This document shows positions 37,719-47,809 of a stretch of 64,000 nt of DNA, piece by piece. Numbering within the stretch: the first letter of the stretch is position 1; each line of letters starts with the position of its first letter. The translations under genes and the position numbers were made by a program. The stretch comes from a virus (lineage: Duplodnaviria > Caudoviricetes), in the IMG/VR virus record IMGVR_UViG_2744054709_000002, positions 11,719 to 75,718 of that record; one strand, given 5' to 3'. The notes below the pieces were generated by a model that was given only the letters and a program-made list of their open reading frames with translations, did not search any database and was not told the DNA's origin.

Positions 37719-39175
37719 TGGTGGACCTGCACGCGTTCAGCGTTTCGGTCATGCTCTACAAGGTGACGGCGGGGGGAACGCCAGGGCGTGTCATTCAGGC
37801 ATACGACCTGACGCCATACCTGGGGGACGGCGGGAGCGTGCGCATGGCGACCTCCGTGCGTAGCCTGGTGGGAAACGTGTTTTCCGTATCGTTCTCCGAT
37901 CGTATCCCTCCCGATCTGGCGGATTCCATCTATGCCTATGTGGCGCCCATGGACCTGATCGAGATCCGTGCCAGCCGGAAGCCATGGAAATATCAGGGCC
38001 AGAAGCTGCCTCTGCTGATGCGCGGGTTCGTGCGCCGCGTGCGCCGGCCCCGCGCCATGCAGGGGGAGGGGGCGCCCATGCAGACGGTGGTGATTGAGGG
38101 GAAGGATTGCGGGCGGCTGCTGGAAACCAACCAGATCCTCTATCCGCTCCTCAATACCAAGGGGGAGCAGTATCTGGATCAGTTTCCCCTGCAGGCGCAG
38201 TTCGGCATTTCCCCGGTGATCGAAGGGGTGGGCGATTTCGTGCGTGAGGTCGTGACGAAGATCATCAATCCCAAGATCAACCAGATGGCCGCGTTTTCAA
38301 CTGGCGCGATCAAGCCCTTCCTGACCTCCGACATTACCGTCGCGGAGGGGTCGTTCAGCCCGTTCAACACCATGACCTTCCAGGGATCGGTTGCGGACCT
38401 GCTGGCCGCCGCGCGCGACGCGCCGTGGAATGAAATGTTCGTCCGTACGACGGAGGCGGGGCCGTCACTGGTGTTCAGGCCGGTACCTTTCCGGGATCTG
38501 AACGGGAAACTGATCATGGACGGCGCGGCAGACCCGGGCCTGGTCAGCATTTCGGACCGCACGGTGAGCAGTTGCGAGGTAGGGCGCAGCGACGACGGGG
38601 CGGCCAACTATTTCTGGGTTCCTCCCGGGGCCGCCTCCCTCGATGGGCAGTTTGCTGCCACGATCGCCTATATCGACAGCCAGTCCGACATGTCCTACGC
38701 CAACAACCGCCCGGAAATACTCGGGCTGCGCCTGATGAGCACGTCGAGTTATCTCTTGCCAACCGGGTTTGCGTGTGCGCCGTCGATGATGCCAGCGGAC
38801 CTGCAGCAGCAGGCACCGCAGTTGATTGACGACTGGATCACGAAACGGGCGACCGATCTCAAGATGCTGAACCGCGACAATGTGGTGTTTGAAAGCGGCT
38901 CGCTGACATGCATGGGGCGCGAGGATCTGGCCTGTGGGCAGGAACTAGAGGTCGCATTCGGGGCGACCACGCTGCGTGGCTACATGCCGGCGGTGGAGCA
39001 TACGATCATGCCAACGGCATCGTGGACGTGTTCCGTCCAGCTGGAGCGCGGGATGAGTTATGTTGACCGGGCGACGATGGCCGGTGTGCGCCCCGGTTGG
39101 GCGGAGGGGCGGCCGGGTGTTTACGCGCCACGACGCGGGCGCGTCAGTGTGCGTGAAACGGGAGGAACGCCGTGA
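37718..39175 (+). CDS. baseplate hub-like protein
   Basis: After tape measure; IEGKDCGRLL, PWNEMFV, LVFRPVPF. Confidence 0.65.
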   Translation: MVDLHAFSVSVMLYKVTAGGTPGRVIQAYDLTPYLGDGGSVRMATSVRSLVGNVFSVSFSDRIPPDLADSIYAYVAPMDLIEIRASRKPWKYQGQKLPLLMRGFVRRVRRPRAMQGEGAPMQTVVIEGKDCGRLLETNQILYPLLNTKGEQYLDQFPLQAQFGISPVIEGVGDFVREVVTKIINPKINQMAAFSTGAIKPFLTSDITVAEGSFSPFNTMTFQGSVADLLAAARDAPWNEMFVRTTEAGPSLVFRPVPFRDLNGKLIMDGAADPGLVSISDRTVSSCEVGRSDDGAANYFWVPPGAASLDGQFAATIAYIDSQSDMSYANNRPEILGLRLMSTSSYLLPTGFACAPSMMPADLQQQAPQLIDDWITKRATDLKMLNRDNVVFESGSLTCMGREDLACGQELEVAFGATTLRGYMPAVEHTIMPTASWTCSVQLERGMSYVDRATMAGVRPGWAEGRPGVYAPRRGRVSVRETGGTP

Positions 39176-39870
39176 TCCGGTTCGGGCAGGTTGTTGCCGT
39201 CTACCCTGAAATCGGCCGGGTTGACCTGGTTGATCTGGATTCCGGGATACCTGTGGGCAATGCCATCGTGCTGTCGGCCGACGGGTCAACCGACGGGGGG
39301 TCATGGTCGATCCCTGACGTTCCGCGGCCGCCAGCCGGCAGGGTTGGCGGTATCAACCCAGACGGTCGCACCATGATCGCAGCGTACGAATTCGGGGCGG
39401 GGGCGCGGGCGGTCGTGCATGGGTTTGCACGGTTTGCAGGCAGCCAGATTGTTTTCAAACAGCAGGACCGTACCATCACGCGCCATGCCGCAAGCGGGGC
39501 CTACACCACCATCGCGCCCGACGGGTCGATCGAGGCATGGCATCCATCGGGTACGTACTTCAGGATCGGAACGGGAGGGCACGAGGACCTCACGGCTCTA
39601 TGCGCTGCGAAATGGGTCACCCCGGCTGAAGCCCCGGAGCCAACTGTTACGCTGGCGACGCCGAATTTCTCGTTTGTCGTAGCGCCGGGCGGAAACGTCA
39701 CCACCAAATATACGTCGTGGAAAATGACCGGACCGGTCGAGCTAGACGGCCCTCTGACGGTGAAAGACAGCATTACGGCCAGCGGAGACGTCACGGCGAA
39801 TGGCGTCAGTCTGGACGACCATACGCACACCGAGAGCACAGGCGGGACAACCAGCAAGCCAACGGGATAG
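39172..39870 (+). CDS. baseplate spike (gpV-like)
   Basis: GDVTANGVSLDDHTH with HxH tip motif. Confidence 0.85.
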   Translation: MIRFGQVVAVYPEIGRVDLVDLDSGIPVGNAIVLSADGSTDGGSWSIPDVPRPPAGRVGGINPDGRTMIAAYEFGAGARAVVHGFARFAGSQIVFKQQDRTITRHAASGAYTTIAPDGSIEAWHPSGTYFRIGTGGHEDLTALCAAKWVTPAEAPEPTVTLATPNFSFVVAPGGNVTTKYTSWKMTGPVELDGPLTVKDSITASGDVTANGVSLDDHTHTESTGGTTSKPTG

Positions 39871-39901
39871 ATTGCATGCGAAATTGCATGCTTGCATGCA
39901 A
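39871..39901. repeat. (WGCW)n array
   Basis: ATTGCATGCG then TTGCATGCTTGCATGCAA (39884-39901). Confidence 0.7.
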
Positions 39902-39941
39902 ATATGCCTTCGAGCAGGACATCGATCTTTCTGGATGACTG

Positions 39942-39956
39942 TCGTGACGGCAGCAT
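39942..39956 (+). promoter_or_regulatory. putative late promoter, leaderless
   Basis: TCGTGACG-G-CAGCAT, 6 nt, ATG 39963. Confidence 0.8.
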
Positions 39957-39962
39957 TGAGGG

Positions 39963-41117
39963 ATGGCAGCACCTCCGTCACAGAGATATCGGCAGATTTC
40001 ATTCCTGCTGACAGGCGGATCGGGCGCGGACGTGCAATTCACGTTTGCCCTGCGGCCGGAGGAACTGAGCGTTACCGACCCCACGCGCCTGACCACCAAC
40101 CAGACCCTTGGCGGCGCGTGGACTGACGTGTTCGGCCGTGGCATCCGCACCATCACGCTGACAGGGAATAACGGCTGGCGGGGCGGCCTGCTGCAAAGTG
40201 GGGAGGACATGTTCCTGTCCCTACGGCAGGCCGTATATGACGGCTGGCACCAACGGCGTCGCCTGCTGCTGGCATCCGGTCAGGATCCATCCGCGGTAGA
40301 ACTGATTTTTACGGACAATCTCGACGGTATCCACGACGTGGTGGTGCCGCGCACGTTCTCGCTGCACAGGAGCCGCTCGCGCCCCCTGCTGATGCAGTAC
40401 AGCATCCAGTTGGACGTGCTGCGCGACGCGACCACCGCGCTGTCGCTGTCGGACGAGATCACGGATGCCCTGTCCAATCCCCTGCGCTGGCTGCTGGCTC
40501 AGACAGGACTGGGCAACGTCGTGACGATGTTGGGGCAGTTCCAGGACTATCTGACGCAGGGCCTGAACATACTGGGGGCAGCGCGCGGCGTGCTCGCGCA
40601 GTTGGTGGATACCGCCATCCAGTTGTTTCAGGGTGTGGCGGATATCGCGGGCGAGACGGAGGGCATTTTCACAGGGCAGAATTCCCTGTTGCTGGAATTC
40701 TCGACGCAATATGCGCTTGCAGCGACCAGCGGTCTTGAAGCGCTCGGTGCCGACAGCACGCTGCCGATGGATGACCGGATCGCGCTGATGCAGGCGGCGT
40801 CCACGTTTGCGGACGGTGCATGCACGATGGCCAACGGGTTCAACGTCAATCAGACCATTCCGCTGATCACGCCCCTGTTCGGAGCATCGATGTGTTCCTC
40901 CACCGGCGGAGGGGACGCTGCAAGCCAGTTCATGCTGGACAACACGTCGCCATTTGAATCGATGCTTGACCCGGGCACCTCAATCTTGACCGTCTCATCA
41001 GGGGCCCAGGCGGCTATCTCAGGGCTGCGCCTCGACCCGCTTCTCCTGATCGGCCATTCCGATGACGTGATCTCCAATTTTGATGCAATGGGCAACGGTG
41101 TGCAGGTGGCAGCATGA
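39963..41117 (+). CDS. baseplate/tube initiator-like protein
   Basis: RPEELS, QTLGGAW, ITLTGNNG, RSRSRPLLMQY. Confidence 0.6.
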   Translation: MAAPPSQRYRQISFLLTGGSGADVQFTFALRPEELSVTDPTRLTTNQTLGGAWTDVFGRGIRTITLTGNNGWRGGLLQSGEDMFLSLRQAVYDGWHQRRRLLLASGQDPSAVELIFTDNLDGIHDVVVPRTFSLHRSRSRPLLMQYSIQLDVLRDATTALSLSDEITDALSNPLRWLLAQTGLGNVVTMLGQFQDYLTQGLNILGAARGVLAQLVDTAIQLFQGVADIAGETEGIFTGQNSLLLEFSTQYALAATSGLEALGADSTLPMDDRIALMQAASTFADGACTMANGFNVNQTIPLITPLFGASMCSSTGGGDAASQFMLDNTSPFESMLDPGTSILTVSSGAQAAISGLRLDPLLLIGHSDDVISNFDAMGNGVQVAA

Positions 41118-41767
41118 CGACAGACACCTCTACGCCACAGTGGACGGGTCCGCTCAGTGGCACGCGCAAGGCCCGGACCCTGATTGGCGATACGCCCGAA
41201 CGCATCGCCCTGCGTGAAACCGGGGATGCCGCAAACTGGTACACGCTGATCTGGCTCAATGGCCTCCGCGCGCCCTATATCACCGACAACCCGGCGCACA
41301 GGTCCGACACCGTCCTTCTGGCAGGGCAGGATGAGATCGTGGTTCCGGCCACGGGTACGACGCCAACCGGCGTGGCGGACAGCAGTGACCTGTTCGGAAC
41401 CGATATTGCCCTGACCGGTGGCGTCGTTACCACTGGGGAGAACGGAGATCTGGCGACCGTGTCAGGGGTCAGTAACCTGGTGCAGGCAGTTGACAACCGC
41501 ATGGCCAGCCAGCCGGGTGATCTCGTCTACGAGCCGTCCTACGGGAACGGGGTCTACGCGCTGCTCGGACGGTCAACCGATCCCATCAATGCCGACCTGG
41601 CAGGTGTGTTTGTCGGACGCTGCATCTCGGCCGATCCCCGCATTGATTCGATCACGTCGATCACGGTCGGGGTGAACGGAGGCAGTCTGGACGTGGATGG
41701 GCAATACATGACGATCGGAGGCAAGTCGGTTCCGGTCGGCGGCGTACTGACCGGAGGGGGGAACTGA
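41114..41767 (+). CDS. LysM-like plus gp25-like baseplate protein
   Basis: GDTPERIA..W..LNGL then NLVQAV..PSYG..DPRI. Confidence 0.75.
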   Translation: MTTDTSTPQWTGPLSGTRKARTLIGDTPERIALRETGDAANWYTLIWLNGLRAPYITDNPAHRSDTVLLAGQDEIVVPATGTTPTGVADSSDLFGTDIALTGGVVTTGENGDLATVSGVSNLVQAVDNRMASQPGDLVYEPSYGNGVYALLGRSTDPINADLAGVFVGRCISADPRIDSITSITVGVNGGSLDVDGQYMTIGGKSVPVGGVLTGGGN

Positions 41768-42882
41768 TGGCATTCCAGATCAAATCGCGGCTTTCGATCC
41801 TCGCCTCCATGATCAACCGCGCCCGCATGGTATGCTCGCTGACAGATTATAACGTCGGCGGCGTCATGCGGACGTTTCTGGATGCCGTCGCGCAGGAGAT
41901 TGATCGCCTCTATCAGGATCTGGTCCTGGCCCTGAAGGATGCCATCCAGACCTCGACCTATACGACCTTTGATTTTCCCGCCCTTGCGGCCGTGGCGGCG
42001 TCCGGTACATTGACCGTGACGATCAGCGTGCAGTCCAGCGATACGGTAATCCCGGCCGGGAGCGTCTTCACGCCGGCGGAGGGGACGTTGACCTATGCCA
42101 GCGTGGCGGCCGTGACGATTCCGGCCGGCCTGACCACGGGGATCGTCCAGGTCGCGTGCACCACGACGGGGACCGCCGGGAATGTGGCGGCAGGCACGAC
42201 ATTTTCCATGGGGGCACCGGTCGCGGGGTTCGTGTCTGCGGTCAACGGCACCCTTTTCTCCAATGGCGCGCCGGCAGAGACGGCGCAGGCGCGACAGGCG
42301 CGGTTCGCGCGTTTCATCCTTGGGTTGGCCCGCAGCACGACGGCGGGCGTGACAACGGGACTGTCCACCGTCCAGTTGACGGATTCAAACGGGAATGTCA
42401 CGGAGGCAGCCAAATTCCAGTACGTGTATGAGCCGTATCTGACCGATCCGACGCAGCCGACCGCGAAGATCTACGGGTATATCCACAATGGCGTCGGGAG
42501 CACATCAACGGCGCTGGTGGCAGAGGCGCAATCGACGATAGACGGCTATTACGAGACTGATGGCACACCCGTACCGGGCTACGTGGCGGCGGGCGTAACG
42601 TTTATCGCCCAGGCTGCGCCAGAGATGCTCGTCGCCGTAGCCGGGAGCATTACCGCTGAAACCGGATATACGGTCGCGGATCTGGACGCATTGGTGCAGG
42701 CCGCACATCAGGCATACATTCTGGCGTTGCCGCTAGGAGCCACGGTTGAAGTCGCAAAACTCGATGCGCTGGCCATGGGAATAGATGGCGTCCAGAATTT
42801 CGTGCGTACCGCGCCGGCGGCGGATGTCGTGGCAACTACGGCGTGGACAAAGCCGATGCCCGGCACGGGCACCTATACATGA
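41767..42882 (+). CDS. baseplate J-like protein
   Basis: TDYNVGG, CTTTGTAGNV, NGAPAET..RF, AAGV. Confidence 0.85.
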   Translation: MAFQIKSRLSILASMINRARMVCSLTDYNVGGVMRTFLDAVAQEIDRLYQDLVLALKDAIQTSTYTTFDFPALAAVAASGTLTVTISVQSSDTVIPAGSVFTPAEGTLTYASVAAVTIPAGLTTGIVQVACTTTGTAGNVAAGTTFSMGAPVAGFVSAVNGTLFSNGAPAETAQARQARFARFILGLARSTTAGVTTGLSTVQLTDSNGNVTEAAKFQYVYEPYLTDPTQPTAKIYGYIHNGVGSTSTALVAEAQSTIDGYYETDGTPVPGYVAAGVTFIAQAAPEMLVAVAGSITAETGYTVADLDALVQAAHQAYILALPLGATVEVAKLDALAMGIDGVQNFVRTAPAADVVATTAWTKPMPGTGTYT

Positions 42883-43964
42883 GCATCCTGAAACGACTGC
42901 TCGGTCGTCTGACCCGGGCATATGACGTTTCCCCACGCGGGCGGCAGGCCCTGTCATTTGGCGCCATGCTGGATTTTGGCTGGGAACTGGCGGATGATGC
43001 GCTGGTGCTGTCTCCCTCCGGCCGTGGAACCGTGACGATCACATTGACCGATCTGACGGTAATGGGCCTTGCCATGGCGATCAGCGCGGTGCCCGGTTTT
43101 TTTGTCCTGAATGACATCGGGGCAAATGTTTCCGCCATGAGCGCGCTGCGTTGCATTGTCGGAACCGGCAGCGTGACGGGCAGCGCCGGATACCGGTTTT
43201 CGGATACCGCATATCCTGGAGGAAATGACTGCCTCGGTGGGGCGCTCTGGGTTGACGCCTCGTACCCCCTCCAGACACTGACAGTGTTCACCAGCGACAA
43301 CTGGGGACTGCTGGACGGCCCGAGGGCGGAACTGCAGGCTGCTCGCGATCTGATCAGGATTGCTCCGAACCAGATGGCCATTCCGTCAGCCGAGGACGAT
43401 TGGCTGAATTATCTGGGTGCGATCTACGGGAATATTGCGCGCAACACTGATGAGCCAGACGTGACCTACGGGGCGCGCATCATTTCCACCATTTTACGCC
43501 CGGCGTGCAACAACAAGGCGCTTGAACTGGCGATAGAGGCTTACTCCGGGCAGTCGGCGCGTGTCACCAATTCTGCCCAGGCACCGGCGACGTCCGTGGT
43601 TTATGGCGGGACTTTCCGTTTCGACGGAAGCCAGACGTACGATAATCCGGCAACAACGCCGATTTATGGATTGTTCGATATTGCTGCCAATTACGATACG
43701 GCCGCATCCGGCGTGTCCCCTACTGATTTCCGGGCGGCCATCATCTGGATTGCGAACAGCCTGAGGGCAGCGGGGACGTACCTGCGGAACACGGTTATCG
43801 ACAATGCAGATCCGGCCCTGACCGATGCCGACCCGGTCACGTCGGACAGTGCATTCGCACTGACGGAGGCATGGAACACGACCTATGACGGCGTGCGCAA
43901 ATACGACGGTAGCGCGGCGTTCCGGGGAGAAGCGGTCGTCAGCGATCTGGAGGATGGAAACTGA
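42879..43964 (+). CDS. baseplate wedge protein (gpI-like)
   Basis: WLNYLGAIYG..R..EPD..Y..RII, RAAGT. Confidence 0.7.
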   Translation: MSILKRLLGRLTRAYDVSPRGRQALSFGAMLDFGWELADDALVLSPSGRGTVTITLTDLTVMGLAMAISAVPGFFVLNDIGANVSAMSALRCIVGTGSVTGSAGYRFSDTAYPGGNDCLGGALWVDASYPLQTLTVFTSDNWGLLDGPRAELQAARDLIRIAPNQMAIPSAEDDWLNYLGAIYGNIARNTDEPDVTYGARIISTILRPACNNKALELAIEAYSGQSARVTNSAQAPATSVVYGGTFRFDGSQTYDNPATTPIYGLFDIAANYDTAASGVSPTDFRAAIIWIANSLRAAGTYLRNTVIDNADPALTDADPVTSDSAFALTEAWNTTYDGVRKYDGSAAFRGEAVVSDLEDGN

Positions 43965-43965
43965 T

Positions 43966-44418
43966 ATGGTGCACTTATCCGAGAAAATGCGCAGGGAACA
44001 TGGGCGCGTAGATCTGAAAATCTGGCGTGCTGGTGTGCTGATCGCGCATGAAACCGACAGCAACCTGATTGTCGAGGGAGCAGCCAATATGAAAGCGGCG
44101 CTGCTGTCGGGCGATACAACCGGGAAATACGCGATAGCCCAGATCGGGTTCGGGACCAATGCCGCCGCTGCGCAGGAGACGGACAGTGCGCTGACTGGCG
44201 CATATGTCAAACCGGTAGATGGTATCACACCCAATTCAGCGACGGGACAGCTCACCGTGGCTTTTTCACTGGCTGCGACGGAGGCGAATGGAATCAGTAT
44301 TTCCGAATATGGCCTCCTGTCAGCAAACGGTGTGCTGTTCGCGCGAAGGGTGCGGGATCTGCCGCTGTTGAAGGCCTCTGACCTGTCATTCAGCGGGACA
44401 TGGCAGATCACGTTCTGA
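43966..44418 (+). CDS. tail fibre attachment-type protein
   Basis: NLIV, EANG..ISEYGL..LFARR, W.ITF. Confidence 0.7.
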   Translation: MVHLSEKMRREHGRVDLKIWRAGVLIAHETDSNLIVEGAANMKAALLSGDTTGKYAIAQIGFGTNAAAAQETDSALTGAYVKPVDGITPNSATGQLTVAFSLAATEANGISISEYGLLSANGVLFARRVRDLPLLKASDLSFSGTWQITF

Positions 44419-44451
44419 ATTTTACGCAGAGAGAGAGAGGGAGAGAACTGC

Positions 44452-44667
44452 ATGGCCAATCGTAAAAAGAAGGGAAAGTTTATGGCGTCGAGTGGTGATG
44501 GCGGTCAAGGTCACATGAAAGACCATTCCGGGGGCGCCATCGTCATGGTGGCGAATGGTCGCGGAGGTCCGGGCTTCCTGGGCGCGGAGAGAGGGGAAAG
44601 TTACGTTTACGAGGTTCGGCCAGGCGACACCCTGACATTCGTAATCGGCTCTCGGGACCATTGCTGA
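44452..44667 (+). CDS. small ORF resembling part of the fibre Gly-rich domain
   Basis: YEVRPGDTLTFVIG vs YAVTPGDKLTFTIG in the next gene. Confidence 0.4.
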   Translation: MANRKKKGKFMASSGDGGQGHMKDHSGGAIVMVANGRGGPGFLGAERGESYVYEVRPGDTLTFVIGSRDHC

Positions 44668-44716
44668 TCCCATATCGTGACTGAATAGACAGGAGAGATA
44701 GATCGGGAGCGAAGAC

Positions 44717-45853
44717 ATGTCGGGAACTACAAGCACTACGTCATCCACGACATCTTCATCGCTCCCGCCGACCGGTTTTACCTCGCTGACCGAAACTGCC
44801 GATTTTGAGGCGGGGATCTACCAGATTGCGACTGATGACCCGGTGCTGGGGGGGCCGGGGGGGCTTGCAAATTATCAGGCGCAGGGGTTGGCCAACCGAA
44901 CGAAGTATCTGTTGCAGCAGACGACTGCGCTCCAGGCATCGCTCGCATCACTGTCGTCTGGATACTCGTCTCTCCAGAGTGCGCTGTCGGCGGAAACGAC
45001 ACGGGCGGAAGCCGCAGAGTCCACGCTCTCGGGCAGTATCTCCGCCGAAACCACCCGTGCCGAAGGAGCGGAATCCTCCCTCCAGAGTGCTCTGTCGGCG
45101 GAAACGACGCGGGCGGAAGCCGCAGAGTCCACGCTGTCGAGCGGTATCTCCGCCGAAACCACCCGTGCCGAAGCAGCGGAATCTGCTCTTGCATCAAACA
45201 TTACCATCATCATCAACACGTTCTATCCGATCACCGCATCTACGACCGTGCTCGTTCCCGCCGGGGTGACAAAAGTTTACCTGCGTGGCAAGGGGGCAGG
45301 CGCAGGCGCAACGGGATGTGCGGCGACGTCGAACACCCAGACTTATTCTGGCGCGGGCGGCGGCGGCGGCGGAGAAATGGAGGGCATCTACGCTGTCACT
45401 CCCGGCGATAAACTGACATTCACGATCGGTGCCGGAGGGGCCGGAAACATTGGCCCAGGCTCAGGATATACCGGGGGCGTAACATCGTGCGTGAATGGCG
45501 CGGGGGAACGCCTGCAATCCCTCCCTAGCGCCAGTCCCGGGACAAAATCCAGTACGACGAACACTGCGGGTGGTGCCGGGGCAGGTCAGGGTACGTCAGA
45601 CGTGTCCGGCACATTCCGCAACGATGCGGGAAACGACGGCCAGGATGGACAGGCCGGGACCGCGCAGCTGTCTGGTGCTGGCGGTCTGGGACCTGGAGGC
45701 CTCGGCGGTGCGCGATCCGGCCTGCAGGGCGGCCAAAATGGCTCTGCTCCCGGAGCAGGTGGCGGCGGGGCCTACGATACCGGTTTTACCGGGAACAATT
45801 ATCCTGGTGGCAACGGAGCGCCGGGGGAATTTCTTTACAAATGGCTGCCCTGA
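44717..45853 (+). CDS. tail fibre protein
   Basis: DPVLGG..AN.QA..LANRTKYL N-terminus, coiled-coil repeats, Gly-rich C-terminus. Confidence 0.85.
   Translation: MSGTTSTTSSTTSSSLPPTGFTSLTETADFEAGIYQIATDDPVLGGPGGLANYQAQGLANRTKYLLQQTTALQASLASLSSGYSSLQSALSAETTRAEAAESTLSGSISAETTRAEGAESSLQSALSAETTRAEAAESTLSSGISAETTRAEAAESALASNITIIINTFYPITASTTVLVPAGVTKVYLRGKGAGAGATGCAATSNTQTYSGAGGGGGGEMEGIYAVTPGDKLTFTIGAGGAGNIGPGSGYTGGVTSCVNGAGERLQSLPSASPGTKSSTTNTAGGAGAGQGTSDVSGTFRNDAGNDGQDGQAGTAQLSGAGGLGPGGLGGARSGLQGGQNGSAPGAGGGGAYDTGFTGNNYPGGNGAPGEFLYKWLP
44972..45183 (+). repeat. tandem coding repeat (2 x 108 bp, 4 x SAETTRAE)
   Basis: LQSALSAETTRAEAAESTLSxxISAETTRAE occurs twice. Confidence 0.9.
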
Positions 45854-45865
45854 TGGAGCGTTGAA

Positions 45866-46063
45866 ATGGCAACAGTTGAAACGTACGCCGTATATCTGAC
45901 CACGGCAACCGGCACCAACTCTGTTGGATACGTGGTTGATAATGTCCTGTGGGATGGCGCGTCCGCATGGACGCCTCCGGAAGGGACCGCCGTCGTCGCC
46001 GATCCCGATCGCAAATACCCGATCGGCAGCACTTATGATCCCGCGACAAGCACGACGACGTGA
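45866..46063 (+). CDS. small fibre-associated protein
   Basis: VLWDG..WTPPEG..IG.TYD; follows the fibre gene. Confidence 0.65.
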   Translation: MATVETYAVYLTTATGTNSVGYVVDNVLWDGASAWTPPEGTAVVADPDRKYPIGSTYDPATSTTT

Positions 46064-46077
46064 GCGGGTGTCCCATA

Positions 46078-46494
46078 ATGGCTGACGACGACGATCTGGC
46101 CGAGGTCGTGGGAAGGCATTCCCACGAAATCAATGATAACCGCAGAAACATTTCAGAACTGCGGGAGGACTTCCGGCAGATTGAACTGCGCGTGGAACGC
46201 AGTCAGGAGGAGCAGAGGCGCACGTTTGCAGATTTTGCGGGCGAGATGCGCGGCCGCTGGGACGAGGCCAGAAAATACGATACTGAAGCCGCGCGCGCGC
46301 GGGATGAAAAGATCGGCAAAGTCGCCACCCAGACGGATCAGATCCTCGGGGGGCTGTTGCTGATCAAATGGGCGCTCGCTGCGCTGGCTGTGCCATTTCT
46401 GCTCGGAGCGCTGACATTGCTGATTGAAATTGTCGGAGCACTTCTCGGCTGGGGGGAGTTCGGCACCTGGGTTTGGCACAAAGCGTTTGGTTGA
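46078..46494 (+). CDS. membrane protein, holin or antiholin candidate
   Basis: N-terminal coiled coil, C-terminal hydrophobic segment; last gene of the tail operon. Confidence 0.5.
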   Translation: MADDDDLAEVVGRHSHEINDNRRNISELREDFRQIELRVERSQEEQRRTFADFAGEMRGRWDEARKYDTEAARARDEKIGKVATQTDQILGGLLLIKWALAALAVPFLLGALTLLIEIVGALLGWGEFGTWVWHKAFG

Positions 46495-46766
46495 CCGGCG
46501 CTTGTGATCTGCACCAGCGCATCGAATGATGCCTGATCCTGCAGAACAATCACCGGTCCACTCTCCCGACACTCGTGCATGAGGCGCTGTCGTTGTATCT
46601 GCACGGACCGTTTGAGGTGGCCCCGGGTAATATGCGCCTGGCGCGCCCAGCTGATACGCCACACGCGACCGTCGGCATGGAGTGTATCAACGTGGAACGC
46701 ATCATCGCTGCCCTTTTTTCCCGAGATCACAGGACCGATCCCGATCACCCGCGGACGCATGCCGTG

Positions 46767-47081
46767 TTACTGCCGGTCGGAGGGGACGCCGCGCTTGGTC
46801 AATTCCTTGTGCACGTAGGCCTCCACCGCCGCAATCACGAACGTTTGCTTGTACTGCCGGGCATGCAGCCGCCGTCCTGCTGATTTACTCAGGAGCCACT
46901 CCATCTGCAGCATCAGTTTTTCCGGCACACGCGTGCTCATGCTGACCAGCAGGTCAGAACGCACGTCCTGATGCTCCCATGGATAAATTTCCTTGTTGGG
47001 AGCGCCGCCAATAAATGCCTCTGCCTCGGCAGAGGAGGGCTGCGTAGAGGGAAGGGAGGGGAGTTTTTTCGGGATGCTCAT
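46767..47081 (-). CDS. small partition partner (type Ib centromere-binding candidate)
   Basis: Coupled to parA; EAFIGGA N-terminal motif and RHH-like C-terminus. Confidence 0.7.
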   Translation of the reverse strand: MSIPKKLPSLPSTQPSSAEAEAFIGGAPNKEIYPWEHQDVRSDLLVSMSTRVPEKLMLQMEWLLSKSAGRRLHARQYKQTFVIAAVEAYVHKELTKRGVPSDRQ

Positions 47082-47749
47082 TGTGAAATAGCCTCATAGA
47101 CAGCACGCATTTCGTTCGCCGCTTTTGCGTCCAGCTCGCGCCCCTTCAATTCACATACACCGACCCCTTCTCCGGTTGCGCGGCCATACGCCGCGCGCGC
47201 GACCAGGGTGGTAAACGGGTGGGTGGCCAGCGTGGGCGTTTCCTGCAACATCCATTCGCGCAGTTCGGCGGGTGCGCGTTCCGCAGATTGGTGCAGGATC
47301 CGGTTGACGACAATGCGCGCCTGGAGTTTGGGATTCAGTTGCTGTGCCCGGTCATATATATTGGCGATCGTCGGGAGCGCCCAGACGTCCAGCGCGTCTG
47401 GTTGCACTGGTACGACCAAGGTATCGGCAACCATTGCACATGCCCGGAGGGCAGGTGAATCCACAGCCCCCGTATCAACAATCAGGGTCTGGTACCGTGT
47501 CGCCAGATCTTCAATCACGGGACCGATCGTGCGGCCGTCGGACCGCTCGACGCAACTGATGCGGGGATAGTCCGGATGCCCTTCCAGACGATGCGACGCC
47601 CACAATGCGCTCGATTTCTGGCCTGGGTCCGCGTCTACCAGCAGGGTGTCGATACCATTCAGCGCCGACAGGACGGCCAGGTTCGTGGCAATCGTGGTTT
47701 TGCCCGACCCGCCTTTTTCGTTTCCGACCACGATGATTCGAGCCGTCAT
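47078..47749 (-). CDS. parA: ParA partition ATPase, short type Ib form
   Basis: KGGSGKTT, LVDADP, IVDT, VPVQP; GGAGG RBS before ATG 47749. Confidence 0.92.
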   Translation of the reverse strand: MTARIIVVGNEKGGSGKTTIATNLAVLSALNGIDTLLVDADPGQKSSALWASHRLEGHPDYPRISCVERSDGRTIGPVIEDLATRYQTLIVDTGAVDSPALRACAMVADTLVVPVQPDALDVWALPTIANIYDRAQQLNPKLQARIVVNRILHQSAERAPAELREWMLQETPTLATHPFTTLVARAAYGRATGEGVGVCELKGRELDAKAANEMRAVYEAISQ

Positions 47750-47791
47750 TCCGCCCTCCGAGCAACAATCTATGCCAGCACATCTGCCAGA

Positions 47792-47809
47792 TTGCATGCA
47801 TGCATGCAA
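47792..47809. repeat. (WGCW)n palindrome upstream of parA
   Basis: TTGCATGCATGCATGCAA about 43 bp before the parA start. Confidence 0.75.

Noticed and set aside
23889-40530. TCGTGACG copies inside coding sequence (about 23889, 28732, 38250, 40519)
   Set aside because: Explained by IVT/VVT codons and lack the YAnnnT hexamer at the fixed spacing
44972-45183. Possible DGR template/variable repeat pair or invertible fibre segment
   Set aside because: Adjacent in-frame coiled-coil repeats without A-specific mismatches; no reverse transcriptase or invertase nearby
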